Below the pieces are notes generated by a model, which saw only the letters and a program-made list of their open reading frames with translations, did not search any database and had not been told where the DNA came from. Shown piece by piece: positions 48,101 to 55,887 of a DNA stretch of 64,000 bases. Made by a program: the position numbers and the translations under genes. The first letter of the stretch is position 1, and each line of letters starts with the position of its first letter. The DNA is taken from assembly GCA_016290135.1 (NCBI GenBank), contig JAEESW010000001.1, positions 55,565 through 119,564 of the forward strand, read 5' to 3'. Source of the stretch: a bacterium (GTDB taxonomy: Bacteria; UBP6; UBA1177).

Positions 48101-51100
48101 AGTGCGCAGGCCTTCCTGACAACGCAGAATGGACAGGCGGATATTCAAGCATAACGCAGACATGGAACGGAAGCGAATGGTTCCCGGGCAATGCAGGAAC
48201 TTACAACACAGAAATAAATTCCGCATACTGCCGCTTCAAATGCCTTGCAAACTACAACTGGAACGGTTCGACCTGTGAACCGAGAACACAGATAGTAACC
48301 TGCGGAACACTTCCTGCCAATGCGGTTTGGAACACAGTTTCACAGATCAGGCAGACTTGGAACGGTTCGGAATATACACCTGCGGTAAATCTGATATACA
48401 GTGAAACTTCAAGCGAAAGTGAATGCCGCTACACCTGCAAAGAAAACTACGAATTTAAAAACGACGCATGTGTCGCAAAGAAACAGACTGTTGCCTGCAC
48501 CGGACTTCCGGCAAACGCAGTATGGAACAGTACAACAGTCGTCCAGGAATGGAACGGCACGACATGGGCTCCCGAGACAACCGGAACCCACACAACCGGC
48601 AATGCAACAGACAGATGTTACTTCAAGTGTATTGATGAAAATGTCAAATTCGACTGGGATACGACAACCAGCACATGCAAAGGTCATACCAATTCAAATG
48701 TTGCCTGCAACAACAACTCAATTCCGGCAAACGCTTCATGGTGGAACGCAAATATCAACCAGACATGGAGCGGAACGGAGTGGCTTCCGACGACGACAGG
48801 CAGCTTCAGCAACAGTGCTGTTGATAACCAGTGCCGCTTCAAATGCAACAGCCACTACAGCTGGAACGGCGCGACATGCGAAGCAGAGACAAAGATTTCA
48901 TCCTGCGGAACACTTCCGGCAAATGCTGAATGGAACACCGCTTCAAGTATAGAGCAGCACTGGGACGAAAGTGCTTCCGGATTTACTCCGACTCTCACTC
49001 CGGAATACGGCACTGAGGCTACGACAGCTTACTGTCGCTTCAAATGCAAGGAAAATTACGAGTGGAAGAACGGTTCATGTCAGGCTAAGACAAAAACCGT
49101 TGCATGCACAGGACTTCCGGCAAATGCGGTATGGAGAACGAGCTCTTCTGGAACAGGCAGCTCATTCAGTATAACGCAGAGATGGAGCGGCACAGAATGG
49201 ACTCCGTCAACAACAGGAACACACGGCTCCTTCATTTCAGGTCAGTGCCGTTTCACGTGTGCTGATGAAGGCTATAAGTTCAAATGGGAGAACAACGCAT
49301 GCCTGCCGAACACAATCACAGATCAAGAGTGCGAAGGACTGCCCGACAACGCAGAATGGACAGGCGGTTTCTCAACTATATCTCAGACATGGAACCCGGC
49401 TACCAACAGTTTTGAACATGGTCTTTGGGCAACATTCGCTACCGAGGCGGATTCCGCTTACTGCCACTTCAAATGTAAGGAAAACTACACTTGGACCGGT
49501 CTTGAAGACGATACAGCCGATGACGGAGAATGCGTTGCAGACACAAGAAAGATAGATTGCAAAAATCTACCTGAAAACGCGGTATGGAACTACGTTCCGA
49601 CTATTACCCAAACTTGGGACGGCAGGGAGTGGCTTCCCAAACTTGAACCGAAATACAATGTTGTCGGAAGCGAAGATGAATGCCGCTATATCTGTGATGC
49701 AGGTTATTATCCGCTTGACGGCCAGTGTGTTGGCAATCCATGCAGTTACAGCCCGTGCAGCGGTATTGACTATGCAAGCGGAACATGTTTGGAAAATGGC
49801 AATCTGCTTCTTTCATACGCCTGTGAATGCAGCGGTGAAAACTACTGGTGGGGCAAGACCGGCTGCCGTTCACAGAATGCGGCTCTCGGAAATTTGTGTA
49901 CCGGTACTATTAAATGTTTCAATAACGGTGCTGAAATAGGCTGCCCGGAATCTTCGTCAGGAACCGGTGAAAACTATAATTTCTACGGTCAGGACGCATA
50001 CTATGCGGAAGCAGGTTTCTGCGCTCCCAAAAACTTCTCACTCATAGGAAGCGAGCCTTATACTATAACTGTTGACAATGCTACAGGTCTTATGTGGACG
50101 AAGAATCCTTCCGACTACCAAGGTGTGAGTGCTGCCAGAACTTACTGTTCAGAACTCAGTTACGGCGGTGAGACCGGCTGGAGACTTCCCTCCATCAAAG
50201 AGCTGATGACAATATTTGACAATAGTATGAGAAATCCTGCAGTAGACACGAAATATTTCAATATCGAAGACGATGTCTGGTCAACAACTCCTTTTGTAAG
50301 TGATTCGGAGGTTCCGAGTATTTGGATCTTCGACTCTGACAACGGCTATGTCGGCGCTATGCCAACTCTTATTTATACAGCGCCTGCCATTTGCGTAAAG
50401 GGAACTATGACAGAGAATCCGGTGTTTGGAACTATAGCAGGAACTAATGCCGTGGTCAAAGACAGCACAACAGAACTTTACTGGCAGAAAGGCTATGCAA
50501 CAGACAAAACATGGCAGGGAGCCATTGAATACTGCGAAAATCTGACGTTGGGCGAATATTCGGATTGGAGGCTTCCGAATTACAATGAACTTGCTTCTAT
50601 TATTGATTTCACCAGAAAAGATCCTGCCGTTAACACAACATATCTTAGTATGCCGACTAGCGAAACAGAGTATTTCTGGACTTCAACAACAAGACAAGAC
50701 TCTTCAGACAAAGCTCTTGCATTTGATTTTAAATCTGGTGCTCCAAAATCCAGTATCGTAAAATCAGAACTGAACTATGTCCGCTGTGTCCGCTCCGATA
50801 TCTGCGGTGAAGGAAAATTCCTGTCAGGTAAAAACTGTATCGATACCCCGTGTACTTCAAGTTCATGCTCTTCAGTCTCTTATTCAGACGGAATATGCAC
50901 ACCGCTTACTGAAAGCAAATACTCATGCGGATGCGTTGACGGATACACTTGGGAAAGCTCGACTTCAAGCTGCATACCTGATCCTTGCATTACCGACAAC
51001 GAGTGCGTTTCTATGGAAGGTTCAGACGGAATATGCACACCTGATGACGGAAAAATCAAATGCGGATGCGTTGACGGTTATTTCTGGAACGGTTCGAGGT

Positions 51101-52020
51101 GTATGAAGAAAGTCTTCGGAAACATCTGCACCGGACTGCAACAATGTTACAATGCAACCAAAATAATAGCTTGTCCGGAAACAGAAAATGAAACTTTCTT
51201 CGGTCAGGATGCATATTATGCCTCAAAAGGTGTCTGCACTCCGCAAAGCTTTATTCTCAAAACTCCCTACAGCACTAAACCTGATGAAAAGGTCGTTTTG
51301 GATGAAAATACGAAGTTGGAGTGGCAGCGGACGATTTCGGGGGATACATACACATTCTATCAGGCAATAACTCACTGCGCTAATCTTGAATACGCCGGAT
51401 ACGATGACTGGAGGCTTCCGACTACGAAAGAGCTTGCAAGTATTATGCTTCAAAGCTCCAGCGGTCGTGTAAACACCGATTATTTCGTTGCAGGGACTGG
51501 AAGCAGACAATTCTGGACTTCAAAGAGATACGTGAGTGATACGAATAAAGCGTGGACTATAAATTTCGGCTCATCAACCACAAATGTAACAGAAAGAGAA
51601 ACAGGAGAGGCTCTTTATGCTATCTGCGTCCGCGGCGAAATTCTGCCGGAAAGTTCGTTTACAACCTTTACAAAGAACGGAGACAGCATAATTAAGGATA
51701 ATGTTACCGGACTTATGTGGCAGTATCTTGTAGATGAGGGAGACTGGTCTTATGCACTGAATTACTGCGAAAGTTCGACTTACGGCGGATATACAGACTG
51801 GAGATTGCCGAACTTTAATGAACTTCTCTCTATTGTTAATTACGACAGATACACTCCGACGACTGATATACCGTCAATTACTGAAAAAGGAACCGTGTGG
51901 TCTTCAACTAATAGTGTTTCCAGTAGCGGAGCCAGATATTCTACGACAATATCTTTCAAAGATGGTGGTCAATCCATGACTCGCAAAACTTACTCAAGTT
52001 ATGTTCTCTGCGTCCGTTAA
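42103..52020 (+). CDS. Giant (3305 aa) repeat-rich surface lipoprotein
   Basis: One uninterrupted 9.9-kb ORF. Lipobox 'FMLSC' (Cys20). An Asp/Thr/Ser-rich tract follows. Also present are 11x AAGDPIMTS repeats, 'CGNGIVDSAEECE' and 'CGDGILDAGEGCDGG' myxo-type Cys repeats, and 12 'LPxNAxWN...QTWxGxxW.P...ECRFxC' modules. Six 'DWRLPxxxEL' motifs end in 'YxxCVR' (DUF1566-like). Domains: acidic linker, 9-aa tandem repeats, beta-sandwich domains, Cys-rich modules and 6 DUF1566/Lcl-C-terminal-like domains. Confidence 0.9.
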   Translation: MRKIFCVLVLLCSMFFMLSCGGGSTENTPAQDGDAVSDEDAVTDEDQTDTENTDTDDTGDTVDDTSDTEEPDGDTDSGDNNKKQGELYGRCYPNKTCNEGLECDEENDTCIKKQKDDSDTSDTTDDTDTSDTTDDSDSDTSDTGTTDNDIPGGDNDNETPDNDTPENLEATENHKISGSYQIGSNVSGIETALYECGGTEKIAYGNTDTKGKYSFNAAISATKTYCVKAGDFASCFIGMSDHTANISEITNAVALVNSDCSDLRAGETKIRKYAKLGTGEWLGELDYSKLSGIKEGLKLLSNYLNTTNSKTLSSKIAEDAKKETPEFAKFFNGFRVFADKAEIIIGETSDSSANFAVEGGSTKVAQGFKIQWTLKNKSAEAAVYKFTTSAPGEYVARAKLVYSGTTLSDDSTSVLFLQRKSGGTVYLNNKSKNISFRIDDGIYGVIPKNTVVKKNGSPVNSISYDVLSAGGNQVSRLKFYPEGAVFEGDTMYFVHELGTVFGGDPIMLSAKRTNANGTVDVLNSAAGDPIMMAAAGDPIMTTAAGDPIMQAAAGDPIMTSAAGDPIMTAAAGDPIMTSAAGDPIMTSAAGDPIMSAAAGDPIMTSAAGDPIMTSAAGDPIMMGTSSSAMISQTGHYSTFTVEAASLPVSVEAMVARWCDGSFYRGYSPLEFIKKGVTDNNPESTLLPYLTCEKFGDLGNDLYELMNKQIGFQRNLNLFENLFFVNEFYNRMNAKRESGAVAAVKNGLELRSAIAALYTATTSYNRSTTLAYMFDSSMIPLTYSGVIPEDYTSKAKSAVTGNSDSGDKYTATKKEMMIFANYITTSSKGPDFNNVSSVLNPDQLVCAWFNPDTPAQNCNKVYTINDAGHVTLGGTEVSVAEANAIFTKYFMPMNSRLSDSEKLDLFRTLYLALKYAGTIFYNGSDIEELNGKLLKTAYLVFDGIDGNAKAVSIVDSFDASAHTVQVLDGNEMATRPYIQKLSTLTDQISLKVAASSADVEKVLISIEGKEFEKVQENTRTYYKQTGDLKEKSIILTPGTLSQGEKALKDLLGSENVDSLGNITGKMTIVANSKISNKTYSTQKTYEFFVNNDGDGVNSKEVPADLEIFVNDSTGHPVPDNANPMIILNPGNKVYYPVDGRVSIENLTPAAYTVDAFADGYYAKSTSVNVPAGAAFSVEIRLDEELTSTADASLELSVTIDTAKHPSKVYIQIYNDDMELVANEAAKFSDETGTYKNVNIEINSGRYTLLAVGEELYNYLEAITLYEGANTKEIKVVAKNACGNGIVDSAEECEPALAAPVSCGTIYPASTHPEKTATCDPNTCTFDKQECGKAAYCGDGILDAGEGCDGGAKDCSEIAGFGNSRGTAPCKNDDCSGYITANNCTRTTASCGTLPANAQWNDGEGTFAQTYDGTDWAPTAKAANYGLTTEECTSSCTKGYKWSGSQCLESPLSLALVCTGETDCFDSSSATECPAYGEAFFGQDAQYAENGYCTKHDFTTSGSGDNQIVKDKFTHYEWQAVSSGNVTWSEAETYCSRLENGSSTAVWRVPTPAELLTIVDSSNASPALDNNYFTVSGHTFWASEDKKNTENAWRIDENGALTSVAKTESHHVLCVRVNDYDATENRFTATDETVKDNESGLMWQKQAVASRTWAEALNYCEEVSMADKFDWRLPNRNELASLVDYTKANGTMSDFPSIAAKGFWASTTDINAASKAWTVDFADGSIKSADKTDTKYIICVRNDEPCFGDECADPCGFAPCKNMANSTGLCTAGDYDFTCGCKSGFNWNHAKCLLDTTRYVACDGLPENAIWNTVFGISQTYDGDKWYPSNIGTFNKISSNVECRFVCATNYKWDADEEKCLPVSRVANCSEKKPYSDWNVVYKISQTWDGEKWEPSAESEYNPESSEEECRFVCKEHYNWDSENNLCDPERQPAACTGLPANAVWNSATIEQTWNGTSWAPTATGTHTTGNATDKCYFKCIDEGDKYEWKNGACSAKPKTAQCAGLPDNAEWTGGYSSITQTWNGSEWFPGNAGTYNTEINSAYCRFKCLANYNWNGSTCEPRTQIVTCGTLPANAVWNTVSQIRQTWNGSEYTPAVNLIYSETSSESECRYTCKENYEFKNDACVAKKQTVACTGLPANAVWNSTTVVQEWNGTTWAPETTGTHTTGNATDRCYFKCIDENVKFDWDTTTSTCKGHTNSNVACNNNSIPANASWWNANINQTWSGTEWLPTTTGSFSNSAVDNQCRFKCNSHYSWNGATCEAETKISSCGTLPANAEWNTASSIEQHWDESASGFTPTLTPEYGTEATTAYCRFKCKENYEWKNGSCQAKTKTVACTGLPANAVWRTSSSGTGSSFSITQRWSGTEWTPSTTGTHGSFISGQCRFTCADEGYKFKWENNACLPNTITDQECEGLPDNAEWTGGFSTISQTWNPATNSFEHGLWATFATEADSAYCHFKCKENYTWTGLEDDTADDGECVADTRKIDCKNLPENAVWNYVPTITQTWDGREWLPKLEPKYNVVGSEDECRYICDAGYYPLDGQCVGNPCSYSPCSGIDYASGTCLENGNLLLSYACECSGENYWWGKTGCRSQNAALGNLCTGTIKCFNNGAEIGCPESSSGTGENYNFYGQDAYYAEAGFCAPKNFSLIGSEPYTITVDNATGLMWTKNPSDYQGVSAARTYCSELSYGGETGWRLPSIKELMTIFDNSMRNPAVDTKYFNIEDDVWSTTPFVSDSEVPSIWIFDSDNGYVGAMPTLIYTAPAICVKGTMTENPVFGTIAGTNAVVKDSTTELYWQKGYATDKTWQGAIEYCENLTLGEYSDWRLPNYNELASIIDFTRKDPAVNTTYLSMPTSETEYFWTSTTRQDSSDKALAFDFKSGAPKSSIVKSELNYVRCVRSDICGEGKFLSGKNCIDTPCTSSSCSSVSYSDGICTPLTESKYSCGCVDGYTWESSTSSCIPDPCITDNECVSMEGSDGICTPDDGKIKCGCVDGYFWNGSRCMKKVFGNICTGLQQCYNATKIIACPETENETFFGQDAYYASKGVCTPQSFILKTPYSTKPDEKVVLDENTKLEWQRTISGDTYTFYQAITHCANLEYAGYDDWRLPTTKELASIMLQSSSGRVNTDYFVAGTGSRQFWTSKRYVSDTNKAWTINFGSSTTNVTERETGEALYAICVRGEILPESSFTTFTKNGDSIIKDNVTGLMWQYLVDEGDWSYALNYCESSTYGGYTDWRLPNFNELLSIVNYDRYTPTTDIPSITEKGTVWSSTNSVSSSGARYSTTISFKDGGQSMTRKTYSSYVLCVR
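42193..42603 (+). other. Acidic Asp/Thr/Ser-rich low-complexity region of the giant protein, interrupted by one small 4-Cys knot
   Basis: The translation reads 'DGDAVSDEDAVTDEDQTDTENTDTDDTGDTVDDTSDTEEPDGDTDSGD...DDSDTSDTTDDTDTSDTTDDSDSDTSDTGTTDND'. Confidence 0.9.
43675..43971 (+). repeat. 11 tandem 27-nt (9-aa) in-frame repeats, consensus AAGDPIMTS
   Basis: An exact 27-nt period from 43675 to 43971. The peptide GDPIM is invariant while codons vary (GGC/GGA/GGT, GAC/GAT, CCG/CCC/CCT, ATT/ATC/ATA). An isolated GGDPIM lies at 43606-43623. Confidence 0.95.
46441..47330 (+). other. DUF1566/Lcl-C-terminal-like domain pair 1 of the giant protein
   Basis: 'WRVPTPAELLTIVD...HVLCVR' and 'DWRLPNRNELASLVDY...YIICVR'. 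Preceded by 'CFDSSSATECPAYGEAFFGQDAQY'. Confidence 0.7.
47484..49735 (+). repeat. Array of 11 contiguous Cys-rich modules of about 65 aa (a 12th copy lies at 46264-46440)
   Basis: Consensus C-x-G-L-P-x-N-A-x-W-N...I-x-Q-T-W-x-G-x-x-W-x-P...E-C-R-F-x-C...Y-x-W...C. 'ACTGLPANAVW' recurs at about 47899, 48494 and 49103, which indicates a 3-module super-repeat of about 200 aa. Confidence 0.85.
49875..50799 (+). other. DUF1566/Lcl-C-terminal-like domain pair 2
   Basis: 'GWRLPSIKELMTIFD...ICVKG' and 'DWRLPNYNELASIIDF...YVRCVR'. Confidence 0.7.
51110..52017 (+). other. DUF1566/Lcl-C-terminal-like domain pair 3
   Basis: 'DWRLPTTKELASIM...YAICVR' and 'DWRLPNFNELLSIVNY...YVLCVR' at the C-terminus. 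Confidence 0.7.
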
Positions 52021-52090
52021 GGCGGTGTAAATCGTTCAACAAGCTCTGGCCGCGCGCCTTTTTATGAAAGACATTAAATAACAGAATAAG

Positions 52091-52119
52091 TTTGCAAAAA
52101 CGCACCGCTTGACTATATT
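52091..52119 (+). promoter_or_regulatory. Putative promoter of purM
   Basis: TTTGCA (52091-52096), 17-nt spacer, TATATT (52114-52119), followed directly by TTCGCGGATTTTTT. Confidence 0.4.
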
Positions 52120-52149
52120 TTCGCGGATTTTTTATTTGTGGAGAAAAAA

Positions 52150-53181
52150 ATGTCCGAAATCAATTACAAAAACGCCGGAGTCGATATTGTCGAAGGCGCG
52201 GCGATGGTCGACAAGATCAAACCTCTCGTCAAAAACACGATGCGTCCTGAAGTTCTCGCAGGTATAGGCGGTTTTTCATCGCTCGTCTCGATCCCTGCAG
52301 GGATCAAGGAACCCGTTTTAGTCAGCGGAACGGACGGTGTCGGTACGAAACTCAAATTCGCATTCCTTGCAGACAAGCACGACACGATCGGCATCGACCT
52401 TGTCGCGATGTGCGTGAACGACGTCATCGTCGGCGGCGCGGAACCGCTTTTCTTCCTTGACTACTTCGCTACGGGCAAACTTGACAGCGATACGGGCGCA
52501 AAGGTCGTTTCGGGCATAGCTGAAGGCTGCCGCCAGGCGGGATGCGCCCTTGTCGGCGGAGAAACTGCCGAAATGCCGGGATTTTATGCTCCTGGCGAAT
52601 ACGACCTCGCAGGTTTCAACGTCGGTGTAGTCGATAAAAGCAAAATAATCGACGGTTCAAAAATAAAGGAAGGCGACGTCATCGTCGGAATTCCTTCGAC
52701 CGGCGTCCACTCAAACGGATACTCGCTCGTAAGAAAGATAGTCCTCGAAAAAATGGGGCTCAAAGTCAGCGACAGGATCGAAGAACTCGGCTGCACGGTA
52801 GCGGAAGAGTTCCTGAAACCGACGAGAATTTACGTCAAGGAAGTTCTTGACCTCATCAAAAAGTTCGACATCCGCGGCATGGTCCACATCACGGGCGGCG
52901 GATTTTACGAAAATATCCCGAGGGTCATTCCGGAAGGTCTCGGAGCTTTGATCGACGGCGATTTCAAAGTGCTTCCTGTCTTCAAATGGCTCAAAAAATG
53001 CGCGGGACTGAGCGAGCGCGAGATGTTCACGACTTTCAACTGTGGGACCGGCTTCATGCTGATCGTGCCGCCTGAACAGGTCGCAGCGCTGCTTGAAAAC
53101 TCAGACAGATATGTCGTCGGCAGGATCGTGAAGACCGACAAAGCGGAAAGGGTCGAAATTTCCAGGAGCTATTTCGCGTAA
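52150..53181 (+). CDS. purM: Phosphoribosylformylglycinamidine cyclo-ligase (AIR synthetase)
   Basis: 'YKNAGVDI', '[10 protein letters not shown]' and 'GGETAEMPG'. ATG 52150 lies 8 nt after GGAG. Confidence 0.95.
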   Translation: MSEINYKNAGVDIVEGAAMVDKIKPLVKNTMRPEVLAGIGGFSSLVSIPAGIKEPVLVSGTDGVGTKLKFAFLADKHDTIGIDLVAMCVNDVIVGGAEPLFFLDYFATGKLDSDTGAKVVSGIAEGCRQAGCALVGGETAEMPGFYAPGEYDLAGFNVGVVDKSKIIDGSKIKEGDVIVGIPSTGVHSNGYSLVRKIVLEKMGLKVSDRIEELGCTVAEEFLKPTRIYVKEVLDLIKKFDIRGMVHITGGGFYENIPRVIPEGLGALIDGDFKVLPVFKWLKKCAGLSEREMFTTFNCGTGFMLIVPPEQVAALLENSDRYVVGRIVKTDKAERVEISRSYFA

Positions 53182-53194
53182 ATTACCCGAAAAA

Positions 53195-53222
53195 TTGATT
53201 TTCCGAAAAATATCACTATACT
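53195..53222 (+). promoter_or_regulatory. Putative promoter of rpoZ
   Basis: TTGATT (53195-53200), 16-nt spacer, TATACT (53217-53222), followed directly by TTCGCGGTTTTTTT. Confidence 0.45.
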
Positions 53223-53253
53223 TTCGCGGTTTTTTTGTTTAATGGAGATTTCT

Positions 53254-53520
53254 ATGGCAAGAGTAACAGTTGAAGATTGTCTCGAAAAGGTTCCGAACAG
53301 AATGGAACTCATAATCCTTGCGGCAAAAAGAACGCGCCAGCTTCTTGACGGAGCGGAGCCTCTTATCGCCAACACGAAAGGCAACAAACCGCCGATCATC
53401 GCGCTGCGTGAAGTCGGTGCCGGCAAAATAGAACTCGGTTATGCGGCCAACAAGCAGAAGAAACACTTCCACCGCCGCCGCAAAATTTCAAGATACATCC
53501 GCAGCCAGGATGAAGACTGA
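53254..53520 (+). CDS. rpoZ: DNA-directed RNA polymerase subunit omega
   Basis: '[29 protein letters not shown]'. ATG 53254 lies after GGAG. Confidence 0.9.
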   Translation: MARVTVEDCLEKVPNRMELIILAAKRTRQLLDGAEPLIANTKGNKPPIIALREVGAGKIELGYAANKQKKHFHRRRKISRYIRSQDED

Positions 53521-53706
53521 CGCAGTGGCCTTCGGGCCAGGGTTCTTTCGACAGAATAAAGATGGACGACAACTTAAGAAAGGATGCTTTGAAAAGCGAA
53601 TTTTTTAATTGCAAAAAAAGTTTGACTGACGGTGCAAAATTTGATAGATACCGCCGCTGATTGTTTTAGGTGCTTAATTTGGACAATTTTTTATAGGGTT
53701 AGCGAC

Positions 53707-54057
53707 ATGAAGTTTTTTTCAAAATTGCTTGTTATGGTTTTGATCGTATGTTTCGTTGTTCCGGCTTATTCCCAGGAGGCTCAGGAAGCTCAGGAAGCCG
53801 TTCAGGAACAGGAACAGCAGTCAGGTGTCAACCTTAAAGTCGGTGACAACTTCTACTTCGAGGGTAATGTCAACGACAACGCCAATGATGACAAAGAGGA
53901 ATCAATGGCTGAAACCCAGTCTACTCCTTTTTACAAACAGACCTGGTTCATCGCTACGGTAGCGGTCGTCATTATCGCCGGAGCCGCTGTAGGCATCTAC
54001 TACGGAACGAGGACCAGCGAACCTGAAGGCAAAGTTATTGAATGGGACAACAAATAA
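53707..54057 (+). CDS. Small exported protein with a QEAQ-repeat and a C-terminal TM anchor (hypothetical)
   Basis: Signal peptide 'MKFFSKLLVMVLIVCFVVPAYSQ', then 'EAQEAQEAVQEQEQQ', then the C-terminal helix 'WFIATVAVVIIAGAAVGIYYG'. The RBS is weak. Confidence 0.5.
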   Translation: MKFFSKLLVMVLIVCFVVPAYSQEAQEAQEAVQEQEQQSGVNLKVGDNFYFEGNVNDNANDDKEESMAETQSTPFYKQTWFIATVAVVIIAGAAVGIYYGTRTSEPEGKVIEWDNK

Positions 54058-54079
54058 TAAGGATAGATTGGAGGATTTT

Positions 54080-55822
54080 ATGAAGAGATTGCTTTTTCTC
54101 TCTCTGGCATTCGCATTGGCGTTTTTGTTCGTAGCATGCGATTCCGGCAATACCGGTGATTTCAAGATCACGCTGAAACTGCCTGTCGATGACGGCGCCT
54201 GCCAGGACTATGATGAAGACGAAGACGGCGAGGACGGCACTGACTATACCTACTGCATAAATAAAAATGACCAGGTCCTTCTTTCGATTTATTCCAAATC
54301 GGAGATCAAAGACGACTATGTCTATGCAGACCGTAAACTCATCAGAGTCAACAGCAACAGCGGCGGAAAGGAAGAGTTCATCAGATCGCTTAAGAAGGGG
54401 ACTTACTACCGCTTCTTCGTTGAAGTCACCAACAAAAACGAAAAACTCAAACTTACCGGCGGTATCGACGGTGTTTACTACGATGATAAGAACAACTACG
54501 ATGTAGATATTTTCCTTGCGGCAGTCGGCGATTTCGTCAGAGTCGTTTCAGACAGACAGAGAGCGGACGAGAATTCGCTTGAATCTTACTTCGACACTGA
54601 CGGTTCCAAAGGTTCTGCGGCGGTCGCGCTTAAAGACGGCAGCATCTATATGGCAGGCGGTTACGGCTTTGATGACGACAATGTTATGAACAAAGCCGCT
54701 CTTTTCAACATGAAAGAGCTCAAAAGAAAGGATGTCTCGAAATTGAAAGCTCCGCTTTATGACCACATTGCCGCTTTACTTGATGACGGGACCGAAAAAG
54801 GAAAAGTCGTTGTCGGTCTTGGAATGACTGAAGACGATGTCCTCAACGAGTCCGTATGGGTCTACGATCCTGATTCCGACAAATACGAGACCCTTGATTT
54901 CGGCGCTCAGCCTATGACGAAAGCAAGAGCCATCACGATCGACGGCAGTGTTTACATTGTCGGCGGCTGCACTGATTCCGGCGCTTCCAAAGTCGTTTAC
55001 AAAGTCTCCGCAGGAGAAAACGGTGTTTATGTCGAGACATTCGCGAATTTGAATGAAGGCCGCTGCAACCATGCCCTTGCAGATGTTTCCGATGTTACAG
55101 TCGATGAAAACGGCGTTAAGACCGTTACCCCGAAACTTTTGGTTATCGGCGGTTCAACGAATTATAAACCGGAAGGAAAAGAAACCCCGGTAACAGGCGC
55201 AAATTTTGCAGAACTTGTTACGAAAGGTTCTTCGAAACCGCTTGATGTCGCTGACAGAAACGGTGTCGATGACTCAAATCTCAAAGTTACGGGTCTTATT
55301 TCTCCGGCAGCAGTCAGTGTCGTTATGGATGATAAAGAAGAAAATGAGACAGTTGTTGCTCTTGTCGGCGGATACCTTCGCAACGGCGACAGCGACGATG
55401 CTTCGTGGGTAACCAATCCGAGCCTTTTTGTTTTCAGCGCAAACGGCGAAGATGCTCTTACCTATGATTCGAACTCATCTCCGAACGAATGCTCGAGACC
55501 TTCAGCTGCCCTTCTCGGCTCGGAAGACAAGAGCGTTCTTAAATATGTCGCTGTAAACTGCGGTTCCAAAGAAATCGACAGAACGGCAAGATACGCTTCC
55601 GACCAGATCGTTTTTGTTCTTCAGGTCAAGAGAGTAAAAGATTCCGATCTTGGTCTCGAAGTTTTCTCTTCTTCCGTTAAAGATACTTTGATGGATGAAA
55701 ACCGCGATAGAGACAGTGATGCCGTTATATCCGACGGTCCTGTCGCAGTTGACGGTCTCGGTCAGGTATTCATGCTCGGCGGAAAATATGTTTATCAGGT
55801 AGGCAGCTACGCAGTTCCGTAG
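54080..55822 (+). CDS. Kelch-repeat (beta-propeller) lipoprotein
   Basis: Lipobox 'LFVAC'. Recurrent blade motifs are 'SIYMAGGYG', 'SVYIVGGCTD', 'LLVIGGSTN', 'ALVGGYLRNGD' and 'VFMLGGKYVY'. GGAGGA lies 4 nt before ATG 54080. Confidence 0.65.
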   Translation: MKRLLFLSLAFALAFLFVACDSGNTGDFKITLKLPVDDGACQDYDEDEDGEDGTDYTYCINKNDQVLLSIYSKSEIKDDYVYADRKLIRVNSNSGGKEEFIRSLKKGTYYRFFVEVTNKNEKLKLTGGIDGVYYDDKNNYDVDIFLAAVGDFVRVVSDRQRADENSLESYFDTDGSKGSAAVALKDGSIYMAGGYGFDDDNVMNKAALFNMKELKRKDVSKLKAPLYDHIAALLDDGTEKGKVVVGLGMTEDDVLNESVWVYDPDSDKYETLDFGAQPMTKARAITIDGSVYIVGGCTDSGASKVVYKVSAGENGVYVETFANLNEGRCNHALADVSDVTVDENGVKTVTPKLLVIGGSTNYKPEGKETPVTGANFAELVTKGSSKPLDVADRNGVDDSNLKVTGLISPAAVSVVMDDKEENETVVALVGGYLRNGDSDDASWVTNPSLFVFSANGEDALTYDSNSSPNECSRPSAALLGSEDKSVLKYVAVNCGSKEIDRTARYASDQIVFVLQVKRVKDSDLGLEVFSSSVKDTLMDENRDRDSDAVISDGPVAVDGLGQVFMLGGKYVYQVGSYAVP

Positions 55823-55842
55823 TTGTTGGCCGGCTTTGATTT

Positions 55843-55871
55843 AAAACGGGGGTTTTCCCCCGTTTTTTTTT
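55843..55871 (+). terminator. Rho-independent terminator
   Basis: ACGGGGG-TTTT-CCCCCGT hairpin followed by a T-run. Confidence 0.8.
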
Positions 55872-55887
55872 GCTTTTCGGAGGAGTC

